Below are positions 9,911-19,708 of a stretch of 64,000 bases of DNA, piece by piece. Made by a program: the position numbers and the translations under genes. Every line of letters begins with the position of its first letter. The stretch's first letter is position 1. The notes under the pieces are model-generated. The model was not told the origin of the DNA and searched no databases. It saw only the letters and a program-made list of their open reading frames with translations. Source of the DNA: an uncultured candidate division Zixibacteria bacterium (GTDB lineage: Bacteria > Zixibacteria > MSB-5A5 > GN15 > FEB-12); assembly GCA_963806185.1 (NCBI GenBank), contig CAWDXE010000003.1:256001-320000 (forward strand). Direction: 5' to 3'.

Positions 9911-12363
9911 GCCTTCACCTCAGTTGCGTTCGAATTCAGTTTGCGACGCCGGCTCAGGAAAAGCGAAACGCCGCACACTCCGATAATATACAAAGTTGCC
10001 AGCCACGTAATCGTTCGAGCGGTCGAATATCGGCTCGATTGAAACCACATTTTCACTTCATGGGCACCGGCCGGGACTGCCACTGCTCGATAGGCCCCGT
10101 ACGCCCGGAGCAACTTGGCCGGTTGACCGTCCACAGTCACGTGCCAGGCATCGTACCATACATCGGTTAGAACAAGTAGTTTATTAGCCGAGGCTTGCAC
10201 GCCAATCGCGAGGTCATCATCATGATACGACGTAAACCAGGCGGAATCGGTGCTGTTTGCCGAAGCAGCGATCGGGAGCGGCGGTTCTTCCTCAAGATAG
10301 ACTATGTGGCGAAGCGAATCGCCGCCTTTCATAATCTCTGGATAGATCTGTGAGCGATCAGGGAATACCGTGTACCGATCGGCCAGAAAAACACGCGGGA
10401 AAGCGTTATCGTTACGAATAATGTTCGCTCCACGATACGTCTGCTCAGTGACGAGCGGAAGGTCGCCGAACGCTCCACTCGGAATTGTCTGCGCGCCTGA
10501 ATTCATGATGTATCTGACGCCGGACAAGTTCAGGAAGCGCGGGTTGTAGAGGTTCTTGAGTTCCATGCCGCCAAGAAGGTCGTCATACCAGCGCAACTGG
10601 TTGCCATGGTAGCCGACGACAACGGGAATATGGTGATACGGCAGGACGGTTGATTTTGGATTTGTCAGATCGAGCACTCGTTCCTGGTTGGCGTCGTGCT
10701 GCTTGAAGAACTGAACCGAGGGCGTCTCGCCCCAGATTTCCTTCGGGTCGGTGACACTGACAAAACGGCTGTTGAAGCGAATACCATCCACGACCGGCAG
10801 CGCGACGACCACCAGCAGAATAGCTACGCCGGCTTTCCTCTCACGATACAGCCATATGCAGACTGCAGCTATGGCTACGAAGAAGAATGCGATCCAGGCA
10901 CCGGGCTTCACCGCGGCGAGATTGGCATACGCGGCGTCGAGTCGGGTGGCATTCTGCCCATAGGGCGTCGTTGCAGCGCTACTGTAGAAGATCGACGTCC
11001 AGAGATCAATTACGCTCTTCCCGGCCGCGCTGAAAAGCAACGCGAGAACCAGCAAAAACACCGGAAATCCCCATAGCAGGTAGTTGAACTTCTTGTGCGG
11101 CGCGGCGTTTTTGTCGCGTGAATTGATGACGTACTGCAACCCCATCCCGGAAAGCAGCGCCGCTGAGAAGGAAAAGAGAAACATGATGATCGCGGGACCG
11201 CGCAGCGTGTCTACCTTGGGAATAACGGCGAAAAATAACCGGAAGAACGGTGTTGTCGCGCCCAGGGCGTAGATTAACGCAAACAAACCCAGTCCAAGAA
11301 AGAACCAGGATTCCTTGCGGCGCCAAAAAATGATACCGAGCAGCGCGCCGAAGATGGCGATGGCGCCAACCGATTCTGAATTGTCTTTGAAAGCGTTCTT
11401 TCCCCAGTACACAGTATCGTTACGATCGGTGTTGGCGCCGGCAAATTCCGGGATCAGCATGCCCATCGCCTCTTCCTCGTGCATCGACCAGGAGATGGCC
11501 CAGTCCCATCCTTTCTTGGCGTCGGCCCGGGGAGAGAATTGGGTCGTGTAGGTGTAGCCGGGGAGGAACTGTATGGCCGAAATCAGCAGACCCAGTACTA
11601 CGGCATATACGCAGAGCGAGCCAGGGATAACGGCTTTGACGATATTCCCTGTCTCACGCCACCTGACAATCATCTTGAAAATCGTGTATGCGGCAAGCGC
11701 CCAGAGTGCGAAATAGGCCATTTGCGCGTGCGGTGTGAGAATAATCAGGCCCACGATCAGGCCAAGCAGCGTAAAATTCAGAAGTGGTCTCTGCTCAAAA
11801 CCGCGATCGAGGAACAAGATGGCAAAGGGAAAAAGCGCTGTCACAAAGAGCTTGCCGTCGTGGCCGGGAGAGACAAACGAAACGAAGTAGGCCGCAAACA
11901 TATAACAGCAGGCGGCCAGTAATGAGGCAACCTTGGACAACTTGAATTGCCGCGCCGCCGCGTACATCGCAATGCCGGCAAGAAAGATATGCAGGATGAA
12001 TTCCCACCCGAGAGCGCGGTGCATCGGCAGCAGGTATTTCAACGGGAAGGACAGCGGGTAGAAAATGTCGCCGTTGAACGCCTCCACATAGGGCAAGCCA
12101 CCAAACATATAGGGGAGCCATTGCGGAACATGGCCTTCAGCCTTCAGCTGCTCGATGTAAAAGTGCCGAACGAAATACCCTTCCTGGATCAAGTCCGAAC
12201 CGTGAAGCATCTTATCGGAGAAGACAAAGCTGCTGAAGAGCACCATCAGCGCGAGAAAGATAACGATGAATGCGACCGGCGTGAAATAGGGCGCACGCTC
12301 AGGATCAAAGCCACCTGACCTGGCGGTCGATGGTCGCGACGTCGTTCGAGTTGATTTGGCCAA
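9907..12363 (-). CDS. YfhO-family multi-TM membrane protein (putative GT-C glycosyltransferase)
   Basis: About 13 TM segments, PQWLPYMFGGLP, AFPRVF and a C-terminal WHVTVDG...AVAVPAGAHEV. Confidence 0.8.
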   Translation of the reverse strand: MAKSTRTTSRPSTARSGGFDPERAPYFTPVAFIVIFLALMVLFSSFVFSDKMLHGSDLIQEGYFVRHFYIEQLKAEGHVPQWLPYMFGGLPYVEAFNGDIFYPLSFPLKYLLPMHRALGWEFILHIFLAGIAMYAAARQFKLSKVASLLAACCYMFAAYFVSFVSPGHDGKLFVTALFPFAILFLDRGFEQRPLLNFTLLGLIVGLIILTPHAQMAYFALWALAAYTIFKMIVRWRETGNIVKAVIPGSLCVYAVVLGLLISAIQFLPGYTYTTQFSPRADAKKGWDWAISWSMHEEEAMGMLIPEFAGANTDRNDTVYWGKNAFKDNSESVGAIAIFGALLGIIFWRRKESWFFLGLGLFALIYALGATTPFFRLFFAVIPKVDTLRGPAIIMFLFSFSAALLSGMGLQYVINSRDKNAAPHKKFNYLLWGFPVFLLVLALLFSAAGKSVIDLWTSIFYSSAATTPYGQNATRLDAAYANLAAVKPGAWIAFFFVAIAAVCIWLYRERKAGVAILLVVVALPVVDGIRFNSRFVSVTDPKEIWGETPSVQFFKQHDANQERVLDLTNPKSTVLPYHHIPVVVGYHGNQLRWYDDLLGGMELKNLYNPRFLNLSGVRYIMNSGAQTIPSGAFGDLPLVTEQTYRGANIIRNDNAFPRVFLADRYTVFPDRSQIYPEIMKGGDSLRHIVYLEEEPPLPIAASANSTDSAWFTSYHDDDLAIGVQASANKLLVLTDVWYDAWHVTVDGQPAKLLRAYGAYRAVAVPAGAHEVKMWFQSSRYSTARTITWLATLYIIGVCGVSLFLSRRRKLNSNATEVKA

Positions 12364-12381
12364 GGTAACTCCAAAGCTTCG

Positions 12382-13314
12382 CTATTTTCTGATAGCCACC
12401 GACAATGCGGCGGCCGTGGCATCGATGGCTACCGTCCACAGTCGTTGCAATATGGCGACAGCCCCGGCAATCGGGCCGATGAACGGCGCCAGCATGGCGG
12501 TGAGCACAAGTTCTCTCGGTCCCATACCACCAGGCGTGAAAATGGCCAGATAGCCAATCTGATACGCGCCGTTAAACATGCCAATGGCAGCCCACAGACC
12601 AGGCGCTTTGTCTCCGACCACAGCAACCAGGAACACCCAGAACGCCAGACCATAGGTCAGCCACGCAAGAACATATAATACAGCAGCTTTGCAGGCAACC
12701 CCTTTGTCCATCGCCCAGACCACCTCGGGTCGCGAGGTGAATCGCCGAAGGAAATAATTGCCTACGCGAAGAAAGTGCCGCGGCCAGACAACTATGGCAA
12801 TACAGACCAGCATCAACGCCAATACGATGGCCCAGGTTATCCAGGAGCCGCTCTGTTTGGTGACCGTCTCGATAGATATGCGAGGATCAATGATTCCGGC
12901 GCCAAAGAACACGAGAAACGACGTCGGCAGGCTGAATAATTGGAAGATAAAGAATGATGCCGTCGCCTCCTCCACCGTGACTCCCCTCTGCCGGGCAAGA
13001 TAGATCATGCCGAACATCTGCCAGATGCGTCCCGGGACATACCGCCCCAGATTGGACATGTACATCGTTTTGAAGGCCCACGTGTTGGACATGCTTCGGC
13101 CAAACCCGGCGATAATGAGATTCCACCCGACCGCCATGAGCGAAAATGCGGCCACACCGAGCACTATACCAACGATCAGGAGAAACCAGTTCACCTGCCA
13201 CGGGAATGTGGCGATCTGCGACCAGTTGCTGGTGACTTGACGGATGAGGAAATAGAGCACCGCCAGAGTGAGAAGGATTTTGACTATCCGGATGAGAGCG
13301 GGCTTTAGGTTCAT
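12382..13314 (-). CDS. Lysylphosphatidylglycerol-synthase TM domain / flippase-like membrane protein
   Basis: SNLGRYVPGRIW and TPGGMGPRE...LQR motifs; polytopic. Confidence 0.8.
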   Translation of the reverse strand: MNLKPALIRIVKILLTLAVLYFLIRQVTSNWSQIATFPWQVNWFLLIVGIVLGVAAFSLMAVGWNLIIAGFGRSMSNTWAFKTMYMSNLGRYVPGRIWQMFGMIYLARQRGVTVEEATASFFIFQLFSLPTSFLVFFGAGIIDPRISIETVTKQSGSWITWAIVLALMLVCIAIVVWPRHFLRVGNYFLRRFTSRPEVVWAMDKGVACKAAVLYVLAWLTYGLAFWVFLVAVVGDKAPGLWAAIGMFNGAYQIGYLAIFTPGGMGPRELVLTAMLAPFIGPIAGAVAILQRLWTVAIDATAAALSVAIRK

Positions 13315-13344
13315 GCGTAAACGCCGGGCCGGAGTGTCCGGCTC

Positions 13345-14361
13345 TTAAGCGTCTTTCTTGTCGGATGGCCGTTGGAGTTCGTCGAGCAATCTCTGATTCT
13401 TCCTGCGCAAATCGCCGATTTCCTCGCGGAGCGAAGTCAAACCTTCGGATACAAACCCCATGGTGAAGAGACTCATGCCGAGGAAAGTCAGGAAGATGAC
13501 CAGGTACAGAAACGTTCGGTCGCCATCGCCGACAAAGTACCGGTGATAAATAGCGTAGCACCCGACGAGAAATGCCAGGAACATGAAAACACCGCCGGTC
13601 AGGCCGAAAAAGAGGAGTGGCTTACGAAGAAAGGTGAGCTGGAATTTCACCGCCAGCATATCCAGTACGCCTATCGGAATCCGCCATATTGAAAATTTTG
13701 ACGTTCCCCAGGAGCGCTCGTACAGCGGGATCTTCGCTTCTTCAACCCGATACCCCTCGTTGGCCGCCAGAACAACCAGATAGCGATGCCAGTCACGACG
13801 CAAAAAGATGTTCTTCACAATGTCTTTGCGAAACGCCTTGACCGAATTCAGATCGTGCACTTTCAGATTGAAGATCTTCCGCGACGCCCAATTGTAGACA
13901 CTGGACACAAATCGTTTGTTGTATTTCCCCTGCTTCCAACCGGTACATATATCCGCTCCGGCCGCAATCGGGGCAATCAGCTTGGGGATATCTTCCGGTT
14001 TGTACTGAAGGTCGGCCGGGTAGAAAACGTACACGTCGCCGGCCGCGATAGCGAACCCGGTTTGCAGGGCTTCGGTCAGGCCGCGGTTGCGATGATGCGA
14101 AGCGATCTTGATAAAGGTGTACTTGCGGGCATTTGCCGCCATTTTCTCGAGCGTTCCATCCGTAGAACCGTCGTCCACGTATATTAACTCGCCATCGAAT
14201 GGCGCAGTCTTCAGCATCTCGGCGAACTGGGAACAGAACTCGTCAATGTTCCCTTCCTCGTTCATGGCCGGGACGACCGTCGAAACAATGAAATCATACT
14301 TACCTGCCGGCTTTTGGGCGGCCAAGTCAGCGGGTGAAATCGGTCGGTCGGTCGGACGCAT
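13345..14361 (-). CDS. GT2 polyprenol-phosphate glycosyltransferase (ArnC/GtrB-like, two C-terminal TMs)
   Basis: VPAMNEEGNI, VDDGSTDGT, ADLQ, HRYL and two C-terminal TM helices. Confidence 0.85.
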   Translation of the reverse strand: MRPTDRPISPADLAAQKPAGKYDFIVSTVVPAMNEEGNIDEFCSQFAEMLKTAPFDGELIYVDDGSTDGTLEKMAANARKYTFIKIASHHRNRGLTEALQTGFAIAAGDVYVFYPADLQYKPEDIPKLIAPIAAGADICTGWKQGKYNKRFVSSVYNWASRKIFNLKVHDLNSVKAFRKDIVKNIFLRRDWHRYLVVLAANEGYRVEEAKIPLYERSWGTSKFSIWRIPIGVLDMLAVKFQLTFLRKPLLFFGLTGGVFMFLAFLVGCYAIYHRYFVGDGDRTFLYLVIFLTFLGMSLFTMGFVSEGLTSLREEIGDLRRKNQRLLDELQRPSDKKDA

Positions 14362-14459
14362 GGTCAGTTTGCTTCTCTGCTTGTGGTTCTTGGACTTATA
14401 CAGCCTGATCGGCAGAAATGTACGGAAAGTTTGCCCTTGAGCAAGACGAAAAATTCGGT

Positions 14460-15119
14460 CTACAGGTCGAAATCGAGAACCGTCTCCGAGACCTCATCAG
14501 CCTGAATCAGGACCTTTCCCAACGGATCGACGACCATAGTTGAACCGCCAAAGACATTAGTTCCGTCGTCACCAACGCTGTTGATCCCTATCATATAGAC
14601 TTTGTTCTCCCGGGCACGCTCAACCAGAAGGTGTCGATAGTCATCAACGCGAACTTTCGGCCACGCCGCCGGGACAAATATCCATTTGGCGCCGGCCTGA
14701 GCCAGTCGGGCGTAAATATCCGGGAAGCGAAGGTCGTAACAGATGGAGACGCCGACGGTACCGAATTCGGCCTTCACAAGGCCGATCTCGGCTCCTGCTC
14801 GGTAGACTTTGTCCTCATTCATACCGGGGAACAGGTTGATCTTCTCGTAGATCTGATACAGCCCCTTGTGGTAGTACAGAAAGGCGTTGAACAGTGCACC
14901 AGTCCTGAGATAGGGGAACCCGGTCATTATTCGGAACGGATACGGCTTAAGCGATGCTAGAAGATCGTCAAAGGGGGTCACCGGCCGCGGCGTGTAGAGA
15001 GCACCTGAGGTCGCGAGTTCGCCAAAAACAATCAACTCCACATCCTGCTTGCCGGCCGCATCCAAATACGGCCGGTAGTCAGTGGAATTTACGTCCTTCT
15101 GAACCAATCGAACTTTCAT
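14460..15119 (-). CDS. Carbon-nitrogen hydrolase (nitrilase superfamily)
   Basis: E (VFGEL), K (YEKINLF) and C (ICYDLRFP) catalytic triad. Start MKVRLVQ at 15119 overlaps the pyrC stop. Confidence 0.88.
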   Translation of the reverse strand: MKVRLVQKDVNSTDYRPYLDAAGKQDVELIVFGELATSGALYTPRPVTPFDDLLASLKPYPFRIMTGFPYLRTGALFNAFLYYHKGLYQIYEKINLFPGMNEDKVYRAGAEIGLVKAEFGTVGVSICYDLRFPDIYARLAQAGAKWIFVPAAWPKVRVDDYRHLLVERARENKVYMIGINSVGDDGTNVFGGSTMVVDPLGKVLIQADEVSETVLDFDL

Positions 15120-16432
15120 TTTGCCTCGTACACAACCCGGCCGTTGAGAATGGTGCGATACACCAGACCGGACAACTTCCAGCCGATAAACGGAGAGTTC
15201 TTGGATTTGGATTGGAAACGGTCGGCACGAACCGTCCACTTCCTGTCCGGGTCGATAATAGTAATATCGGCCGGGCTGCCCTCAGTCAAAGAGCCGCCGG
15301 GCAGATTGAAGATGCGGGCCGGGTTGACCGTCATTTTCCGTATCGCGTCACCCCAGTCGAGAATCCCCTTGTCAATGAGGTAGGTCTTCACCAGTCCGAG
15401 GGTCGTCTCCAGACCAATCATGCCGGACGGCGCCTGGTCGAACTCGCAGTCCTTGCTCTCGTCCGTGTGGGGAGCGTGGTCGGAGGCGATGCAGTCGATC
15501 GTTCCGTCGACCAGTCCTTCAATCACGGCGTCTACATCTTCGCGCGTACGCAGCGGCGGATTGACTTTCAGGCTGGTGTCGAACGCCTTGCCGATCTCTT
15601 CATCGGTGAGTACGAAGTGGTGCGGGCAGGCCTCAGTGGTGACGCTGATGCCCTCGCGTTTCGCCTGACGGACCGCTTCGATCGCCCGACGAGTGGTAAT
15701 GTGCTGGATGTGCAGACGGGCTCCAGTGATACGGCAGAGGGCGATATCGCGAAGCACTGCGATTTCTTCCGCGACCGCCGGAGAACCCTTCACCCCCAGT
15801 TTACTCGACTCGAACGACTCATTCATTACTCCTGAGCCGACAAGGAACTGGTCCTCGGCATGCTGCATAACCGGAATGTTGAACATTCTCGAGTATTCCA
15901 GCGCCCGCCGCATGATTTCAGGATTCTGAACGTAGAAACCGTCATCGGTAATCGAAACGACGCCGACGCCGACCAGATCGCCGATTTCGGACAATTCCTT
16001 GCCCTCGATATTCTTCGTCATCGCGCCCACGACAAACACGCGGGCATCAGCGTTCTTGGCGCGGTCCTGCACAAACTTCACCGTTTCCTGATTGTCGATG
16101 CGAGGATGCGTATTCGGCATGCAGAGCACCGAGGTGAACCCGCCGGCTGCGGCGGCCCGGCAGCCGGACTCGACAGTTTCGGCCGATTCCCGCCCAGGTT
16201 CGCGCAGATGTACGTGGCAATCGATAAGACCGGGCGTGACAAGCTTTCCTTTGGCATCGATAATACAATCATCGGGTACGCGCGCCAACGCTTTTTCGAG
16301 TGCGGCCGATTCCGTTTCGATACCGGCAATCTTGCCGTCACGGATGAGCACGCACGCGTCGCTGGAGAAGCCAAGTGCCGGATCGATGACCCGACCGTTC
16401 TTGATGACCAGATCATAGTTTTGCGTTGCCAT
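15116..16432 (-). CDS. pyrC: Dihydroorotase
   Basis: Start [38 protein letters not shown] and ASDHAPH. Confidence 0.95.
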   Translation of the reverse strand: MATQNYDLVIKNGRVIDPALGFSSDACVLIRDGKIAGIETESAALEKALARVPDDCIIDAKGKLVTPGLIDCHVHLREPGRESAETVESGCRAAAAGGFTSVLCMPNTHPRIDNQETVKFVQDRAKNADARVFVVGAMTKNIEGKELSEIGDLVGVGVVSITDDGFYVQNPEIMRRALEYSRMFNIPVMQHAEDQFLVGSGVMNESFESSKLGVKGSPAVAEEIAVLRDIALCRITGARLHIQHITTRRAIEAVRQAKREGISVTTEACPHHFVLTDEEIGKAFDTSLKVNPPLRTREDVDAVIEGLVDGTIDCIASDHAPHTDESKDCEFDQAPSGMIGLETTLGLVKTYLIDKGILDWGDAIRKMTVNPARIFNLPGGSLTEGSPADITIIDPDRKWTVRADRFQSKSKNSPFIGWKLSGLVYRTILNGRVVYEAK

Positions 16433-17371
16433 TACTCTTCCCCTTCCTCTTTGCGCCCCGACAGAAGATACAGCACCGCCATACGCACTGCCTGACCGTT
16501 GGTAACCTGCTCCAGAATGACCGATTTGTCGCTGTCGGCGACCTCGCTGGTGATTTCCACGCCCCGATTCATCGGCCCGGGATGCATGATGGTGTAATTC
16601 TTGTTCAACCGCCCCAGCCGGTCTTTCGTAATCCCGAACAGATTGGTGTATTCGCGCTGCGACGGGAACAGACCCTGACTGTTGGCGCTCAAGCTGGATA
16701 CGCATGATGTTCACCACATCCGCACCATCCAGCGCTTCGTCGAGATTCGTGTAAATGTCGCAGCCAAAGCGCTCCGCATCGGCGGGAATGAGAGTCGACG
16801 GTCCGCAGAGGGCAACCGACGCCCCCATGGTTTTGAGACCCCAAATGTTGGAACGAGTGACACGCGAGTGTTTGACGTCGCCAACCAGCACGACCCGGAG
16901 GCCGTCAAGCTTCTTGTACTTTCGGCGAATGGTGAACATGTCGAGCAAGCCCTGAGTGGGGTGCTCGTGGGCGCCGTCACCGGCGTTAATGATATTTGCT
17001 TCCATGCATTGGGTGAGGTAATACGGGACACCGGCCGATTGGTGGCGTACAACGACCATGTCGATTTTCATCGCTTCGATGTTCTGCACGGTGTCGCGGA
17101 GGGACTCCCCTTTTTTCACCGAAGAGGTCGCGGCCGTGAAGTTGACGCTGTCGGCGGAGAGACGCTTCTGCGCCAGCTCAAAGGAAATGCGCGTGCGCGT
17201 CGAAGGCTCGTAAAACAGATTGAGCACGGTTATGCCCCGAAGCGTCGGCAGTTTCTTGATGGTCCGGTCGAGCACCTCGCGGAACGACTCCGCCGTATCA
17301 AGAATGAGCTGTATGTCCTGCTTAGGGACACCTTCCAGCCCGAGCAGGTGACGGGACGAAAGTCGGCTCAT
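16432..17371 (-). CDS. pyrB: Aspartate carbamoyltransferase catalytic subunit (one apparent frameshift near 16678)
   Basis: [15 protein letters not shown] and RIQLERQ. The C-terminus ([12 protein letters not shown]...[13 protein letters not shown]) is in the adjacent frame, ORF 16432-16692. Confidence 0.93.
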
Positions 17372-18003
17372 GATTTCCCTCGCTTGGCTTTGGGTGTTGC
17401 TTTCTTTGTGGCCTGTTTTGCTTTGACCGCTGGTCTGGATGTCCGGAGTTCCAGAGACGGTTTGGTGTGCTTGATGACATAAACCTGATCGCGACCCTCC
17501 TTTTCCACGACGGTGAGTACCACCTGGTCGTTTCGGGAGGTGGGAATGTTGACACCGACATAGTCCGCCTTGATCGGTAGTTCGCGGTGGCCACGATCAA
17601 CCAGGACAGCCAATTGAATCGTCCGCGGACGGCCGAAGTCTATTATCTGATCTAGGGCCGCGCGAATGGTTCGTCCGGTGAAAAGGACGTCATCGACGAG
17701 AATGATGTTCTTATTGCCGACTTCGAAGAGTATGTCCGTGCGCTGCACGATAGGCTGCTCCAGCTTGGTGTGAACATCGTCGCGATAAAGGCTGATATCC
17801 ATGAGACCGACAGGGACTTTGACTCCTTCGAGTTCCTGAATAATTTTGGCGACTCGCTTGGCAAGAATTGCACCGCGCGTGAGAATGCCGATGATGGCCA
17901 GTGATTCGGCCCCGGAGTTGTGTTCCAGAATCTCGTGAGCAATGCGCGTGATGGCGCGGCTCACCTTTTTATCGTCGAGGATAACGTCGTAGTGTTCAGT
18001 CAA
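17368..18003 (-). CDS. pyrR: Bifunctional pyrimidine operon regulator / uracil phosphoribosyltransferase PyrR
   Basis: RIAHEILE, DISLYRDD, LVDDVLFTGRTIRAALD and DRGHRELPI. TTG start at 18003 after GGAGG. Confidence 0.96.
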   Translation of the reverse strand: MTEHYDVILDDKKVSRAITRIAHEILEHNSGAESLAIIGILTRGAILAKRVAKIIQELEGVKVPVGLMDISLYRDDVHTKLEQPIVQRTDILFEVGNKNIILVDDVLFTGRTIRAALDQIIDFGRPRTIQLAVLVDRGHRELPIKADYVGVNIPTSRNDQVVLTVVEKEGRDQVYVIKHTKPSLELRTSRPAVKAKQATKKATPKAKRGKS

Positions 18004-18044
18004 ACTTATGCCTCCGTCGCTCGGATCGTAGTGATTGCCAAGGG

Positions 18045-18140
18045 AATAAACAGAGGCCGGGACAAAGCCTTCGCCGCGCAAGCTGAGTTGTGGTCACGAT
18101 TCACACCCTTAGCGACCTCTCCGGATCGCCTTAAAAGGTT
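18045..18140 (-). promoter_or_regulatory. PyrR-binding RNA element and attenuator leader
   Basis: Minus strand AACCUUUUAAGGCGAUCCGGAGAGGUCGCUAAGGG (18140-18106) resembles the PyrR consensus CCUUUAA..ARUCCNGNGAGGYU..AAGG. A short AGGC/GCCU hairpin with a U-rich tail follows. TTGACA lies at 18204-18199. Confidence 0.85.
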
Positions 18141-18220
18141 GCTTTCGGCCGCAGGATGCGGGCCGAATTCGCCGGGAAAATATACGATTTGAAACTGGTG
18201 TCAAGTGTCCGCGAGCGGAT

Positions 18221-19654
18221 TTATCGATTCAGATCAAGTTCCTGTGAGAGCAAGGCTTGCCATGGATACTGCCGGAAGAATTCGGATCGCGAGTAACGAC
18301 GGCCCCGCCCGGCCTCAAGCACCAGTACCTCGTCAGCCAGTGCCCTTACGATTCCCGCCTCGTGGGTGATGATGACCTGTCCCCGGCGCTCATGGCGGAG
18401 AGAGTCGGACAGCTGAATGAACATATGGATGCCGGAGAAGTCGAGCCCGGCCGTGGGTTCGTCGAAAATGATAAATGGCGTTGCCATCGCCAGAGCGACG
18501 GCGAAGGCCAAACGGCGCTTCTCGCCGGTGGACAGGGAAAACGGATCGCGTCGGGCGAGATTCTCGGACTTCACTGCCGTCCCGAGCAACATCAAATCTA
18601 CAGCGGCATCATCAATTGGCAGTCCGAGATTCCGGGGTCCAAGAGCTACCTCCTCGGCGCAGGTGGGAAGGAAGAATTGGCGTTCCGGTTGCTGCAATAC
18701 CGCAGTGATGACCTGGGCACGCCGAGATTTATCGATGACCTTCCCATCTGCGTCGACAAAGGAAATCAATCCGGCCGAGGGCTGCACCAGCCCTGCCAGC
18801 ACATGCCCAAGCGTGCTCTTGCCGGAGCCGGTGGCGCCCACAATACACAGCGTTCTTGCCCGACTCAGGGTCAGATTCAGATCCCCTAGAATGGTACGTC
18901 CACCCAGTTGAACCTCAATGTTTTCCACGTGAATGGATGAGGCCGCGCCGGATTCGACAGAGGATAGCCCGGTGACAAAAGAACTATCATCGGCATATGA
19001 TTTCTCGACACTCGTCAGGACACTATCCGGTGCACCATCTGCGATGATCTGACCGCCGGCCATGACTAGTACTCTGGGGTACTGCCGGGCAACAGGAATT
19101 GACTGGGCAATTCGCAATTCAACAAGACTCGGGTGCTGCGCTCTGATGCGTTCCAACTCTACATTGAGCATCTGTTTGCCTCGCTGATCGAGGAAAGCAT
19201 CCGGTTCGTCCAGAATCAGAATCGACGGCCCACCGACAAGCACTGACGCGAGGGCGACACGCTGTTTCTCACCGCCGGAGAGTTCCGAGCTCAATCGCCG
19301 CAGCAGGTGAGTGATGTCGAACTGCGCGGCCTCGAGATTGATACGCTTTTCAATATCTGGCGTCGGCATGGCCACGTTTTCGAGCCCGAAGGCCAGTTCC
19401 TTTTCCACGGTGACCGCGACCATTTGATTGTCCGGGTTCTGAAAAAGGAAGGCAACGTTTGGCCGATTCCCGGTGGTCTGCTGATTCGGCAGGAGTCCGG
19501 CGATAAACCTCACCAGAGTGGTTTTGCCCGAGCCATTGGCCCCCATGATGCAAACGCGATCCCCCGGATTGAGCTGCAACGAGATATTGTCGAGCGCCGG
19601 CCGTTGGTGCGGACGATACCGGTAGGTGACATGATCGAGCATTATGCTGTTCAT
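18221..19654 (-). CDS. ABC/ECF-type transporter ATPase with two fused nucleotide-binding domains
   Basis: GANGSGKT...FQNPDNQ...LSGGEKQR...LDEP, then GATGSGKST...QQPERQ...LSTGEKRR...FDEPTAGLD. Confidence 0.85.
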   Translation of the reverse strand: MNSIMLDHVTYRYRPHQRPALDNISLQLNPGDRVCIMGANGSGKTTLVRFIAGLLPNQQTTGNRPNVAFLFQNPDNQMVAVTVEKELAFGLENVAMPTPDIEKRINLEAAQFDITHLLRRLSSELSGGEKQRVALASVLVGGPSILILDEPDAFLDQRGKQMLNVELERIRAQHPSLVELRIAQSIPVARQYPRVLVMAGGQIIADGAPDSVLTSVEKSYADDSSFVTGLSSVESGAASSIHVENIEVQLGGRTILGDLNLTLSRARTLCIVGATGSGKSTLGHVLAGLVQPSAGLISFVDADGKVIDKSRRAQVITAVLQQPERQFFLPTCAEEVALGPRNLGLPIDDAAVDLMLLGTAVKSENLARRDPFSLSTGEKRRLAFAVALAMATPFIIFDEPTAGLDFSGIHMFIQLSDSLRHERRGQVIITHEAGIVRALADEVLVLEAGRGRRYSRSEFFRQYPWQALLSQELDLNR

Positions 19655-19687
19655 AAAAAAGCCGGGGTCTGATGCCAGACACCGGCT
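19655..19687 (-). terminator. Rho-independent terminator after gcvPB
   Basis: AGCCGG..GTCTG/CAGAC..CCGGCT hairpin followed by a T tract. Confidence 0.75.
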
Positions 19688-19708
19688 ATCATAGTCAAAT
19701 TCGCAGTC

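Noticed and set aside
15116..17371. Apparent 751-aa PyrB-PyrC fusion ORF
   Set aside because: It results from a frameshift near 16678. The true PyrB C-terminus is in another frame and ends at 16432, where PyrC has its own ATG.
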